Origin: an uncultured delta proteobacterium
GTDB lineage: Bacteria > Desulfobacterota > Binatia > UBA9968
Direction: 5' to 3'
Length of the DNA: 64,000 nucleotides
Assembly (NCBI GenBank): GCA_963755715.1
Contig: CAVWLW010000033.1
Coordinates: 128,001 to 192,000 of the forward strand
The notes under the pieces were generated by a model, which was not told the origin of the DNA, made no database searches, and worked only from the letters and a program-made list of their open reading frames with translations. Positions 51,930-61,976 of this stretch are shown here, in pieces; positions within the stretch are counted from its first letter, which is position 1, and every line of letters starts with the position of its first letter. Position numbers and translations under genes: made by a program.

Positions 51930-53453
51930 TTATTTTTTTACCGCCATGTCGATGGCGTACATACGCGCGTCCGGCAGCGGCTTGTAATCGACCCGCGCAT
52001 TCAGGCCCCAGAGGAGCTTGTGGCGCCACAGGAAGCAAGCCGGCGCATCCTCCGTCAAGATGCTCATCGCTTGCGATAAATACTGGCGCCGCTTTTTGGG
52101 ATCGAACTCCTGCTGTTCCTTGTCGAGCAGCTCGTCGAGCTTGGGATTAGCGTAGCCGATGCGCGGCGTTTCGCCGCTGTGAAAATATTGATGCAACGCG
52201 CCGCTCGGGTCTTGGACCGAGCCACGGCCCATGTAATAGAACGGTATCGTGCCTTTCTGCACGTTGGCCCAAAGCGTCGCCCACTCCGGCGTGAGCAGCT
52301 TGGCGCGGAATCCGGCGCCGTTGAGCATCGGAATCATCGCTTCGGTCAATTGCTTGTCCAGCGTGTAACGCCCGACCGGAGTCTGCAACTCGACGTCGAC
52401 GCCGTTCGGATAGCCCGCTTGCGCGAGCAGTTTTTTCGATTTCTCCGGATCGAAGCTCATCTTCGGCTTCAGATTCGGATCGAAGCCATATTGGCCCTCG
52501 CCGATCGGGCCGTCGAGGCGGCTGGCGGAGCCTTCGAGCAGCGTCGCAATAATTTGGTCGCGATTGATCGCGTGGCAAACCGCTTGGCGCACTTCTTTTT
52601 TGTCAAAGGGCGGTTTGGGCTGCATCGCCAGAAACATGATCTCCACCGAGTCGGTCGGCACGATGCGCAACTTGTTATTTTTCTCGACCCGCTGGCGCAT
52701 GTGGGGCGGAATGAACTGGGCGATTTGAATCTCGTCATTCAATAAAGCCGTGACACGCTGCTCGGGCTCGCGCATGATGCGGTAGACGACTTCGTCCGGC
52801 GCGCGCGGATTTTTCTTGGCATCGGGATGATCGGGCCGTTTCTGCAGCACCAGCCGTTGCCCGGGTATCAATTCCTTCAGTTGGTATGGCCCGCCGCCCA
52901 TCATGTGATCTTTGTCGGCGGCGTCCCGGCCATATTTGTCGAAAGCGGCTTTGCTGGTGACGATGAGTCGGTCGCAGAGAAACGACAGCAGCGGCGCGGT
53001 GGGCTTGTCGGTGGTGATCTTGACGGTGAATTTATCGACCGCTTCGGCTTTGACCACCGAAGGCGCGACGGAAGCTTTCTGTTTCGATTGCGGATCGCCG
53101 ATCACGCGGTTCATTATCGAATGGACGACGTCCTCGGCGGTCACCGTCGTGCCGTCGTTAAATTTGTAGTTCTTGCTCAGATAGAAATTCCACGTGGTCG
53201 GGTTTTCGACTTTCCAGCGCTCGGCGAGGCGGCCCTCGAAATCACCCTTCGCATAATTGTAGGTACAGAAGGGGCCGGTGACCTCGCTAAAAATTCCGTA
53301 AAGCAACGACACGCTGTCGCCGTAGGGGTTGTGGGTTTCGATGGTTTCCGTGACGCCGATCGAGACGCGGGTCTGGGCTTCTGCTCCAAGACCGCTGCTT
53401 AGGACCCAAGCAATTGCCGCAAATAGCGTCAGGTAATTTCGCATGCTTTTCAT
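51930..53453 (-). CDS. Family-5 (peptide/nickel) ABC substrate-binding protein
   Basis: Signal peptide; LAERW, FNDGTTVTAEDV, GGGPYQL, VRQAVCHAINR. Confidence 0.88.
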   Translation of the reverse strand: MKSMRNYLTLFAAIAWVLSSGLGAEAQTRVSIGVTETIETHNPYGDSVSLLYGIFSEVTGPFCTYNYAKGDFEGRLAERWKVENPTTWNFYLSKNYKFNDGTTVTAEDVVHSIMNRVIGDPQSKQKASVAPSVVKAEAVDKFTVKITTDKPTAPLLSFLCDRLIVTSKAAFDKYGRDAADKDHMMGGGPYQLKELIPGQRLVLQKRPDHPDAKKNPRAPDEVVYRIMREPEQRVTALLNDEIQIAQFIPPHMRQRVEKNNKLRIVPTDSVEIMFLAMQPKPPFDKKEVRQAVCHAINRDQIIATLLEGSASRLDGPIGEGQYGFDPNLKPKMSFDPEKSKKLLAQAGYPNGVDVELQTPVGRYTLDKQLTEAMIPMLNGAGFRAKLLTPEWATLWANVQKGTIPFYYMGRGSVQDPSGALHQYFHSGETPRIGYANPKLDELLDKEQQEFDPKKRRQYLSQAMSILTEDAPACFLWRHKLLWGLNARVDYKPLPDARMYAIDMAVKK

Positions 53454-53651
53454 GGGTTATCCTCCGCTGAAACCGATCGATTCGGGCGATCGATGCGAAA
53501 TCATTTACAGCACCGGCACTTCTTGTCAAGCCGGGAAAAACGAAATCCCCGCGGCGGTTTTGCGGTTGACACGAGGAAAGCTTAGGGACTAAGCGTTACA
53601 CAGCCAACAAGAAAACGCTGCTCATTATTATGAGCTGGCGAGGAGCGAGCC

Positions 53652-54803
53652 ATGGCAAAGAACGGTTACAAAATTCTCGATAGCGATATGCACGTGTTCG
53701 AGCCCCATGATCTCTATCTCAAATATATGAATCCGAAGTGGAGCGATCGGATTCCGCGCGGGCAACCGAGAACCACCCACGGCCAGATAAAATTCACCTT
53801 TGCAGACGGCAAGCCGATCCGCGCCTCCGGCACTCAAGTGCTTGCGGCAACCTCACCGAAACAGAATTCAGCGGAAAGTTCGCCGGGCGAAATGGAGGTC
53901 GCGCATCGCTACGCGAAGCCGCTGGCGCGTCATTACGATGCTCGGTCGCAATTGGAGGCGATGGACGAAGAGGGTTTGGACGTGGCAGTTTTATTTCGGA
54001 CCTTTCCGCTTCATTGCGATGATAGGCTGGAAGCGGAATACGCCAATGATCTTTGCCGGGCGTGGAACGATTGGATGGCGGATTTTTGCAAAGCCGATCC
54101 TACGCGGCTGCGCCCTTCGGCGCTCATCACGCTGCACGATATCGATCTCGCGATCGACGAAGCGCGCCGGGCGGTCACGGAACTCGGCGCGATCGGCCTG
54201 TGCTTGGTGCCGGAACCGATCAACGGACGCCACATTCATGATCGGTACTACGACCCGCTTTGGCGCGAAGCGGAAAAATTGGCCGCGCCGATCTGCTTTC
54301 ATCCGGCGGCAAGCCCCAATCAAGATCAAGCCGTGCACCGTTTCAAAGGGCACAGCAATGAAGCGGTGCTGATCAACGCTTTTCGCAATCCGGTGGAGCT
54401 GATGTTCGCGCTCGGCAGCTTTTGCGCCGGCGGGGTGCTCGAGCGCTTTCCTAATTTGCGGATTGCGTTTCTCGAAGGCAACTGCAGCTGGCTGCCTTGG
54501 GCGCTGTATCGCTTGGACGAGCGCTGGGAAATGCGCAAAGGCTACTGCAACGAACCGATGAGTTTGCGGCCGAGCGACTACTTTTTGCGCCAGTGTTTCA
54601 TTTCCGTCGACGTGGAAGAAGACTTGGTTCTCGATGTGATCCGGCGCATCGGCGACGACAACGTGGTGATCTCGACGGACTATCCACACGCCGACTCGCA
54701 CTGGCCCAATGCGCTGAATCACTTCTTGGCCGTGGAGATACCGAGCGACGCGAGGAGAAAAATTCTGTGGGACAATTGCGCGCGCCTTTACGGAGTCGAA
54801 TAA
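53652..54803 (+). CDS. Amidohydrolase_2-family metalloenzyme
   Basis: DSDMH, RAWNDW, CFHP, FLEGNCSW, STDYPH. Confidence 0.87.
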   Translation: MAKNGYKILDSDMHVFEPHDLYLKYMNPKWSDRIPRGQPRTTHGQIKFTFADGKPIRASGTQVLAATSPKQNSAESSPGEMEVAHRYAKPLARHYDARSQLEAMDEEGLDVAVLFRTFPLHCDDRLEAEYANDLCRAWNDWMADFCKADPTRLRPSALITLHDIDLAIDEARRAVTELGAIGLCLVPEPINGRHIHDRYYDPLWREAEKLAAPICFHPAASPNQDQAVHRFKGHSNEAVLINAFRNPVELMFALGSFCAGGVLERFPNLRIAFLEGNCSWLPWALYRLDERWEMRKGYCNEPMSLRPSDYFLRQCFISVDVEEDLVLDVIRRIGDDNVVISTDYPHADSHWPNALNHFLAVEIPSDARRKILWDNCARLYGVE

Positions 54804-54898
54804 AGACAATTTAGCGCCAGAGAACCTAGCGCGGGAAAGCCGCAACCAAAATGACAAGACGGATTAGGTGCTGTAAGTGGGAGTCATGACAACGACTC

Positions 54899-55510
54899 TC
54901 AAGACATCGCGAATAAATAGCGCAAGTTTTTGTTCAGCGACATCAGTCCGATGTTGAGGGTAGGGCACGGCTGGGATTGGCTTTGACTCGAGGGGCCCAA
55001 CAACAGCTTGCGCGCCCGCGCCAGTCGCGACATGACCGTCCTCATGGGGATGTCGGCGATCGCGGCGATTTCCTTATAAGAAGAATCTTCCAGTTCGCGC
55101 AGCACCATGACTTCGCGAAACTCCACCGGCAATCGATCCAAGGCGCGGTTGATCAGTTCTTGATCGGCGTGGCGCAATACCGCCCCAGAGGTCGACGGCC
55201 GGGCTGTTTTTCGCCGACGAGCTATGCGCTTCTTCGTCGTAATTCGTTTGGCAAATTCTCCACTTTTGCGTTTTGTAACCAAGTGTAACAAGTGTTGCGC
55301 CCAATCGTCAGGAGCCAGGCGCGCGCGTCGTTGCCGTGAAATCCATCAAAAACTTAAATGCGCGCAAGCGCACGCTCCTGCACCAGATTTTCCGCAGTTT
55401 CGGAGTGACGGGTAAGCCGGCGCGCAAGATTGCAAGCGGGGCTGAGGCGCGGCAGCACGACATTCTCAAAACGGGAGAGCGTTCTCAGCTGCTTTTCGGC
55501 TGCGCCACAT
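54899..55510 (-). pseudogene. Decayed ECF sigma factor
   Basis: Region 4 (LPVEFREVMVLRELEDSSYKEIA..TVMSRLARAR) is intact; region 2 (NLARRL..ENLVQE..LRAFKF..ARAWLLTI.RNTCYTW) is recoverable only across several frames, with substitutions at usually conserved residues. Confidence 0.7.
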
Positions 55511-55518
55511 TTCTATAA

Positions 55519-55593
55519 GACCGATCGCCGCACGATTTTATTCCCGACGGCAAAATCTAAAAATTTGGGAATAAAGTAGTCACGAAATGAGTT
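55519..55593. promoter_or_regulatory. Back-to-back ECF-type promoters
   Basis: Plus strand GGAATA(55568-73)-N17-GTT; minus strand GGAATA(55544-39)-N17-GTC. Confidence 0.6.
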
Positions 55594-55665
55594 CTCCTTG
55601 GCGAGAGCAAAATGCAATCTCGCTGCGCTGTTTACCAATTTCAGGCAACAAACAAGGAGGGTTCC

Positions 55666-56664
55666 ATGTTCACTAGATCAAGATACGTACTGCGCGGGCT
55701 TTCAAGCGCCGCCGCTATTTTATCCGCTCTGGCGGCAACTGCTGCTTTCGCCGCCGGCCCGAAGGCCTACGTCGGCAATTTCAAAGACAATACGGTGAGC
55801 GTGATCGATACCGAGGCCGGCAAGGTCGTCGCGACCGTTCCGGTCGCCGCCGGGCCGCACGGCATGGCGATCACGCAGGACGGCCGCACCGTCTACGTAA
55901 GCGGCGACGGCTCTTCGTCGGTTGACGTTATCGATACGGCCACCGACAAAGTCGTCAAGACGATCAACGTCGGCAAGGCGCCGAACGGCGTGGCGCTCAC
56001 GCCTGATGACCGGTTGCTGGTGGTCACGGTCTACGGCGAGGACCGTATCGCCTTCATCGATACCTCGACGCAAACCGTGGTTGCCAACATGGCGGTGCCC
56101 AAACCGCATACTGTCGCGATCAGCCCCAACGGCAAGCTCGCGTACGTCACGGTGCAGGAACCGGGTCACTTCCGTCTCGCCCTCATCGACATCGCTACGC
56201 GGAGTCTGGTTCGCGCCTTGGATCTCGACAAGACGCCGCGCGACGGAGAGTTCGGTTACGACGGCAAGTCGTTCTACTTTACTCAGGCCGGAGTCAGCTC
56301 GGTCCAGGTTCTGGATCCGGCCTCCGACAGGATGGTTGCAGAGATTCCGACAGGCGTATCGCCTCATTTCGTCAGTTATCCGCGCGGCTCGGCGTTCGGT
56401 ATCGTCGTCGTGCAGGGGCCTAGCGAGCTGCTCTTGTTCGACCCGGCGACGAACAAGCCAGCGCGCAGCATCGCGGTCGGCAAACAGCCGCACTGGGCGA
56501 CCGCGTCCGGCGACGGCAAAAAGGCCTACGTGACCAATGAGGGCTCGAACGATTTCACCGTCGTCGATCTCGCGACCGGTCAGACGACAACCATTGCCGT
56601 AGGCAACGCACCGCGCAAGGTAGTAGTCCAGCGAACCGCGGCGAGTGCAGGGAAGGGAATGTAG
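55666..56664 (+). CDS. YVTN/YncE-family beta-propeller secreted protein
   Basis: RBS AAGGAGG; signal peptide; repeats NTVSVIDT, DGRTVYV, DGKKAYVTN. Confidence 0.87.
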   Translation: MFTRSRYVLRGLSSAAAILSALAATAAFAAGPKAYVGNFKDNTVSVIDTEAGKVVATVPVAAGPHGMAITQDGRTVYVSGDGSSSVDVIDTATDKVVKTINVGKAPNGVALTPDDRLLVVTVYGEDRIAFIDTSTQTVVANMAVPKPHTVAISPNGKLAYVTVQEPGHFRLALIDIATRSLVRALDLDKTPRDGEFGYDGKSFYFTQAGVSSVQVLDPASDRMVAEIPTGVSPHFVSYPRGSAFGIVVVQGPSELLLFDPATNKPARSIAVGKQPHWATASGDGKKAYVTNEGSNDFTVVDLATGQTTTIAVGNAPRKVVVQRTAASAGKGM

Positions 56665-56665
56665 G

Positions 56666-57064
56666 ATGACAACCTACCATAAACAAATTAGCAGCAATTC
56701 GTCGAGGCTGCTCGCCATGGTCGGTGGCCTCTTGATCAGTGTATTCGTGCTCGGTGTCTGTACACAAATGGTGCAGTCGGTATTCGCCGCCCCGGCGGCC
56801 CCGGTGAAGGGTGGCGCCAAGGTCTCGATCGCTAACTTTGCGTTCACGCCGGGAGAGATCACGATCGCTCCCGGCGAGACCGTGACGTGGACCAATGACG
56901 ACGGCGCGCCGCACGGGCTGGAATACAACGACGGCGCAAAAGGCGTGGACCCTTTGCTGCCGGGATCGAGCTTTACTCGTCGGTTCGATCAACCCGGCAC
57001 TTACGAATACAATTGCTCGGTGCATCCTTATATGACGGGCCGCGTGGTCGTGCGGGTCCAGTGA
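56666..57064 (+). CDS. Cupredoxin (amicyanin/plastocyanin-like blue copper protein)
   Basis: FAFTP, VTWTNDDGAPH, YEYNCSVHPYM type-1 Cu ligands. Confidence 0.88.
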   Translation: MTTYHKQISSNSSRLLAMVGGLLISVFVLGVCTQMVQSVFAAPAAPVKGGAKVSIANFAFTPGEITIAPGETVTWTNDDGAPHGLEYNDGAKGVDPLLPGSSFTRRFDQPGTYEYNCSVHPYMTGRVVVRVQ

Positions 57065-57089
57065 TGCGTGGAGTTGCAGGGTTATCACG

Positions 57090-57530
57090 TGGCGAGAATC
57101 TCCTTGCTAAATTTGAGAGATCTCATCGCGAACTGATAGATATTTTCCACGTAATCGCTTTTTTGAGGTAGTCGCGCATGATCGCCAGCGATTCAGGTTT
57201 GTTGGTTTTCAGAAACTTCAGTCCCTTCAGCGTAGCCCGGACGACTCGTTAGATTTGCTCCGGGTTGCGCTGAATCTTGTCCGTGTTGACGGCGAAGCCG
57301 CCGAGACGCAGGTTCGCGACGTCGCCGAGGTAAAGGAGATTATTAAAGCCGAGTTTTTCGGTTCGCTGAATGTAAGCCACATCCAGCGGCGTCGCATCGA
57401 CAATACCCGCCGCCAACGCCGCCAATCTGTGTCCCCCGAGCCGCCGAGAGCAAGCATAGTGAATTTTTTTCCGGATTCCGTAAGTCAGCACAGTGAAACC
57501 ATCTTCACTTGCCTGAACAAGGACGAAATC
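57090..57530 (-). pseudogene. Fragment of an SsuA/NMT1-family substrate-binding protein
   Basis: RLAALAAGIVDATPLDVAY..GFNNLLYLGD..GFAVNTDKIQRNPEQI; no N-terminus, frames broken. Confidence 0.6.
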
Positions 57531-57614
57531 GTATGTTGACCGCCGTCAATGATCTTTTGCTCGGATCGGCGTTGACATTATCTAATCAAGGGACTCTCGT
57601 CGCTTGGCGGAGGG

Positions 57615-58616
57615 TTGATGAAAGTTTTTCGGGGAATTTTGTTCGGGCCGTTTATCGCTGTTTTTCTCGGCGTTTTTGCAAGCCCTGCACCGGCGCAGGA
57701 AAAAATCAGACTTGCGCACAGCGCCTTGGAGAGCAGCAATTCGGTCTGGTACGTTGCTAAGGACCGGGGTTTGTACAAGAAAAACGGCTTGGATGCCGAT
57801 CTGCTTTTCATCCCGAGCACGACGACCAGCGTATCGAGCCTCGTGGCGGGCGACGTACAGGTTGCCAACGCGTCAGGCGGCGGCGTGGCGAGCGCCGTGG
57901 TTGCCGGCGCGGATCTTGTCATGGTGGCCTGCTATCTCAATTCGCTACCCTATGAATTGGTTGTGCACGAGAGCGTAAAATCAGCCGAGGATCTCAAAGG
58001 CAAAAGCGTTGGCATCAGCCGGGTCGGCAGCGCATCGGACGTTGCGGCGCGCGCACTGCTTCGCGGATTGGGGCTCGAACCCGACAAGCAGGTGCCGATC
58101 CTGCAGGTCGGTGGTCCGGCCGAGCGGGCCGCATCGTTTCGGAGCGGCAGGATCGCCGGGTTTCCATCGCCTCCGGGCATCATTCATCTGACCAAAGGTT
58201 TTCCGTTTCGGATTTTGATCAGCACCGCGGATTTTCAGAAGCGGTTCGAATTTCCCTATATTTGCGCCACCACGACGAAGAGTTTTTTGGCGCGCCAAAG
58301 AGAGACAGTGAAGAAAGTCCTCATGGCGCACATCGAGGCGATGCAGTTTTTCAAAACTCATAAGGATGAGAGCAAAAAGTTTATCGCCAAATACAGCCGG
58401 ATAAATAACGAAGACTACCTGGAGGCCGCTTACACTGCGAGCGCGAAACTTTACGATGTGGTGCCGCTGGTAACGCGCCCGGGCGTAGAGATCCAGATCA
58501 AGGAAGCAACGGCGCGCAAGCCCGGCGCACAGCTTCGGTTTGAAGACATGGTCGATGAAAGTATCGTGCGCGAATTGGAAAAGAGCGGCTTTATCGACAA
58601 AGTGTACAAACAATGA
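57615..58616 (+). CDS. SsuA/NMT1-family substrate-binding protein
   Basis: Signal peptide; GLYKKNGLD, DLKGKSVGISRVGS. Confidence 0.85.
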   Translation: MMKVFRGILFGPFIAVFLGVFASPAPAQEKIRLAHSALESSNSVWYVAKDRGLYKKNGLDADLLFIPSTTTSVSSLVAGDVQVANASGGGVASAVVAGADLVMVACYLNSLPYELVVHESVKSAEDLKGKSVGISRVGSASDVAARALLRGLGLEPDKQVPILQVGGPAERAASFRSGRIAGFPSPPGIIHLTKGFPFRILISTADFQKRFEFPYICATTTKSFLARQRETVKKVLMAHIEAMQFFKTHKDESKKFIAKYSRINNEDYLEAAYTASAKLYDVVPLVTRPGVEIQIKEATARKPGAQLRFEDMVDESIVRELEKSGFIDKVYKQ

Positions 58617-58739
58617 CGGCACGGGTTTCACTGTCTAGTCCACCGCCGGATGGCTAAACGCGAGCTGGATGGACAGAGAATTCTTTTTGACAGGCGCCAT
58701 AGAGCTGCTATAGCTGGCGGCGAAAAGGAGCGATTCGCG

Positions 58740-59711
58740 ATGAAGCGAAGTTTGTCGGCGCTCGTGCTGATCGCGCTGATGCCGTCATGGGTCGTTGCCC
58801 AGGAGCGAATCAAGTTTCCCGTCGGGGTTTCCTCGAAAGTGCTCGGTTATGGCCATCTCTGGGCGGCGTGGCGGTTAAAATATTTCGAGCGCGAGGGGCT
58901 CGACGTCGACGTTGTCCTGATGCGCGGCACTGCTCCAGCGGTGCAGACCATGATCGCCGGATCGATCTTCGCGGGTCTTGTGGCCAACGATGGGCCGATC
59001 GCCGCGGTGGAGCAGGGAATGGACATCGCTATGGTCGCGAGCAGCAGCAAGCTGACTCACATGCTGATCGGCGGGAAGAACTACAAAACCTGGGAAGACC
59101 TTCGCGGCTCGACGATCGGCTCTTCGACCCTGACTTCCGGCACCGCATTTGTGCTGAGAAGAGCGTTAAAGGTAAAGGGGCTCGAATATCCGCGCGACTA
59201 CAAGCTGCTCAACGTCGGCGGAACGACTTCGGCGTTTGCGGCCATGAGCGCCGGGCAGATCGCCGCCGCCATGCTTGCCGTTCCCAACGCGTTTCAGGCG
59301 CAGGATGCGGGATTAAATCTGATCGGGCGTGTGGCGGATATCTTTCCCAACTATCTGCTCTCCGCCTACTCGGTCAGACGCTCTTGGGCGGAGAAGAATC
59401 GTCCGATCGTGGTGCGGTTTCTCAAAGCTGTGGTGCGGGCCAAAAAGTGGTTTGAGCAAGACAAAAAGGGTGCGACAGAGTTCTTGGCCAAAGAGTTTCA
59501 ACTAACCCCAAGTCTCGCCGAAAGAGGCCTCGACTACTATCTGACGCATCAGGCCTGGCATCCGGACCTCGAAATCGAGATGGACGGGCTTAGAACCGTC
59601 GTCGATATTTATGCCGAGCAGACCGGCATGAAGGGGCCGATTCCGAGCCCGGAAAAATATGTCGATCAAAGTTATCTTAGGCAAGCTCTGAAGGAGTTGG
59701 GTTTGCGCTGA
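58740..59711 (+). CDS. SsuA/NMT1-family substrate-binding protein
   Basis: RBS AAGGAG; YFEREGLDVD, DLRGSTIG; upstream TTGACA at 58687. Confidence 0.85.
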   Translation: MKRSLSALVLIALMPSWVVAQERIKFPVGVSSKVLGYGHLWAAWRLKYFEREGLDVDVVLMRGTAPAVQTMIAGSIFAGLVANDGPIAAVEQGMDIAMVASSSKLTHMLIGGKNYKTWEDLRGSTIGSSTLTSGTAFVLRRALKVKGLEYPRDYKLLNVGGTTSAFAAMSAGQIAAAMLAVPNAFQAQDAGLNLIGRVADIFPNYLLSAYSVRRSWAEKNRPIVVRFLKAVVRAKKWFEQDKKGATEFLAKEFQLTPSLAERGLDYYLTHQAWHPDLEIEMDGLRTVVDIYAEQTGMKGPIPSPEKYVDQSYLRQALKELGLR

Positions 59712-59778
59712 ATGGCAGCCGCGCCGGCGTTGCAGCCAACGATGGGTGAATCGATAATGCGCGAAAGAGTGACAAGCC

Positions 59779-60876
59779 ATGAGCACTAAAGGTCGAGCCG
59801 CGATCTTCGTCGAGCCCAGGAAGCCGTTGGTCGTCGATGAAGTTGAATTTCCCGATCCCGGCGCAGATCAAGTGCTGGTAAAATTATTCTCCAGCGGGAT
59901 CTGTCACTCGCAGCTCCACACGATGGGACGCGCGCCACGTCCCGGCCGGCGTCTGCCGGCGTTGCTCGGTCATGAATCTACCGGCGTGGTGGTCGCCAGA
60001 GGTCGTGACGTGACTCATGTAAAGGAAGGCGATCACGTGATCACGACCTGGGTCGATCGGAATAATCAGACGACGCCGCAGCCGCTCGTGGATCATGCGC
60101 TCAACGAGCGGGAGCAATACACGGCGATGTGGCAAGGCCAAGTAGTTTCCCATTCTGCCGCAACATGGGCCGAATACGCTTTGGCCTCGGAGCGCGTGGT
60201 GCTATCGCTGCCCAACGATATGGCGACTGATGTGACGTCGATTATCGGCTGCGCGGTCATGACCGGCGCCGGCGCGATCATCAACACACTACAAGTGCGG
60301 CCCGGACAATCGGTGGCGCTTTTCGGGGCGGGCGGCATCGGCCTTTGCGCCATCGCCGCCGCCGCGATCGTCGACGCGCACCCAATTATCGCGGTGGACT
60401 TAAATCGCGACAAGCTCGAGTTTGCCCGGCATTTCGGCGCGACCCATACGATCAACGCAAATGAGGTCGATGCAGTTCAGGCGATCAAAGAACTCACCGG
60501 TGGCGGCGCCGACTACGCCATCGATGCGATCGGTTTACCCGCTACACAAGAGCAAATTCTCCGTGCCGTGCGCGCCGGCTATTCGGGCATGAATCGAGGC
60601 GGCACGGCGCTCCTCATTGGCATCACACCGCCGGACGCGAAGGCAAGTCTCGACACGAGCCTATTCGTTGGCAACCGTTCGTTTACCCGCACCAGCGGCG
60701 GCGATTGCCGGCCGGAGCGCGACTTTCCGATCTTTATTCGCTGGTACCGTGAAGGCAAGCTCAAGCTTGACGACCTGATTACGAACCGCTACCGCCTGGA
60801 CGAGATCAACACCGCGGTAGACGATCTGGAACACGGACGGATACTCGGCCGTGGTATCTTGACGTTCGCCGAGTGA
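59779..60876 (+). CDS. Zinc-binding (MDR) alcohol dehydrogenase
   Basis: GICHSQ, LGHESTG, IGCAVMTG, FGAGGIG. Confidence 0.87.
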   Translation: MSTKGRAAIFVEPRKPLVVDEVEFPDPGADQVLVKLFSSGICHSQLHTMGRAPRPGRRLPALLGHESTGVVVARGRDVTHVKEGDHVITTWVDRNNQTTPQPLVDHALNEREQYTAMWQGQVVSHSAATWAEYALASERVVLSLPNDMATDVTSIIGCAVMTGAGAIINTLQVRPGQSVALFGAGGIGLCAIAAAAIVDAHPIIAVDLNRDKLEFARHFGATHTINANEVDAVQAIKELTGGGADYAIDAIGLPATQEQILRAVRAGYSGMNRGGTALLIGITPPDAKASLDTSLFVGNRSFTRTSGGDCRPERDFPIFIRWYREGKLKLDDLITNRYRLDEINTAVDDLEHGRILGRGILTFAE

Positions 60877-60967
60877 ATGCACTGTGCGAAATAGTCATCG
60901 CGCTCGGCTGCTCAGATGAGCGGCGCTCAGGATCGCAACACCAAATTCGAGAGAGAAACTACCTTCC

Positions 60968-61942
60968 ATGACGACAAAGTCACCCGTTGAAAATCGCACC
61001 GTTGGCCGCGACACCATCCGCTCGCGGCTGGTTTTAGAGATCGCCTCCGAAATAGTCGATCAGCCGGGCTGGCCGCACCGCCAGGCGCAGGTGAGCTTGC
61101 GTCCGCAGGGCGCGGACGGATGGGCCGTCAACATGATCGCGAGCGATGGGCCGGCTGCGATCGCGCAGGTCGCTGGCGGCGCCATGCAGCTTGCGATCAG
61201 CAATCCCGCCGGATTTCTCGCGCTAGCGGTGCGCGGCACCGGACCGTTTACGACGCCGATCGCGCTGCGCGCGATCACGGTCATTCCTTCGCTCGACCAG
61301 CTCGCTTTCGCCGTCACGGAGCGGACCGGCCTGAAGTCGCTGCGCGAGATTCGCGAGCGTCGGTTGCCGCTGCGCGTTTCGCTGCGCGGGCAGCGAGACC
61401 ACGCGCTCCATCCGGTCGTCAATGAAGTTTTCAGGGCTGCGGGATTTTCGTTGGACGATATCGTTTCCTGGGGCGGGCAGGTGCGCTACGACGAAGGCCT
61501 GCCGCAAAACGACAACCGCCTCGGCGCGGTGGCGCGCGGCGAAGTCGACATGGTGATCGACGAAGCGGTGCGCGGTTGGATCAACTCGGCGGCGGGAAGC
61601 GGCATGCGCGCGCTGCCGCTCGAGGAGACGATGCTCGCCCGGCTCGAAGCGATGGGCCTTCGCCGCGCGGTGATTCTAAAATCGCGATATCCGAACTTGC
61701 CCGGGGACGTGCCGGCGCTCGACTTCAGCGGTTTCGCGGTTTACACCCACGCCGACGTCGCCGACGAAATCGTCGGCGCGATCTGCGCCGCTCTCGAAGC
61801 ACGCAAGGACAAAATTATATGGCAGGAGCCGGGACCGCTGCCGCTGGAGCGCATGTGCCGCGACACGCCGGACGGTCCGCTGACAATTCCTTTGCATCCG
61901 GCGGCGGAACGTTTTTGGCGCGCTCGCGGCTATCTCGATTGA
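60968..61942 (+). CDS. TAXI/NMT1-like solute-binding-fold protein without signal peptide
   Basis: ALRAITVIP..LAFAV..GLKSL, C-terminal IPLHPAAERFW typical of TAXI proteins. Confidence 0.7.
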   Translation: MTTKSPVENRTVGRDTIRSRLVLEIASEIVDQPGWPHRQAQVSLRPQGADGWAVNMIASDGPAAIAQVAGGAMQLAISNPAGFLALAVRGTGPFTTPIALRAITVIPSLDQLAFAVTERTGLKSLREIRERRLPLRVSLRGQRDHALHPVVNEVFRAAGFSLDDIVSWGGQVRYDEGLPQNDNRLGAVARGEVDMVIDEAVRGWINSAAGSGMRALPLEETMLARLEAMGLRRAVILKSRYPNLPGDVPALDFSGFAVYTHADVADEIVGAICAALEARKDKIIWQEPGPLPLERMCRDTPDGPLTIPLHPAAERFWRARGYLD

Positions 61943-61976
61943 AATTTTCTTTCAAAACGGCGACGCCGATTGCAGA

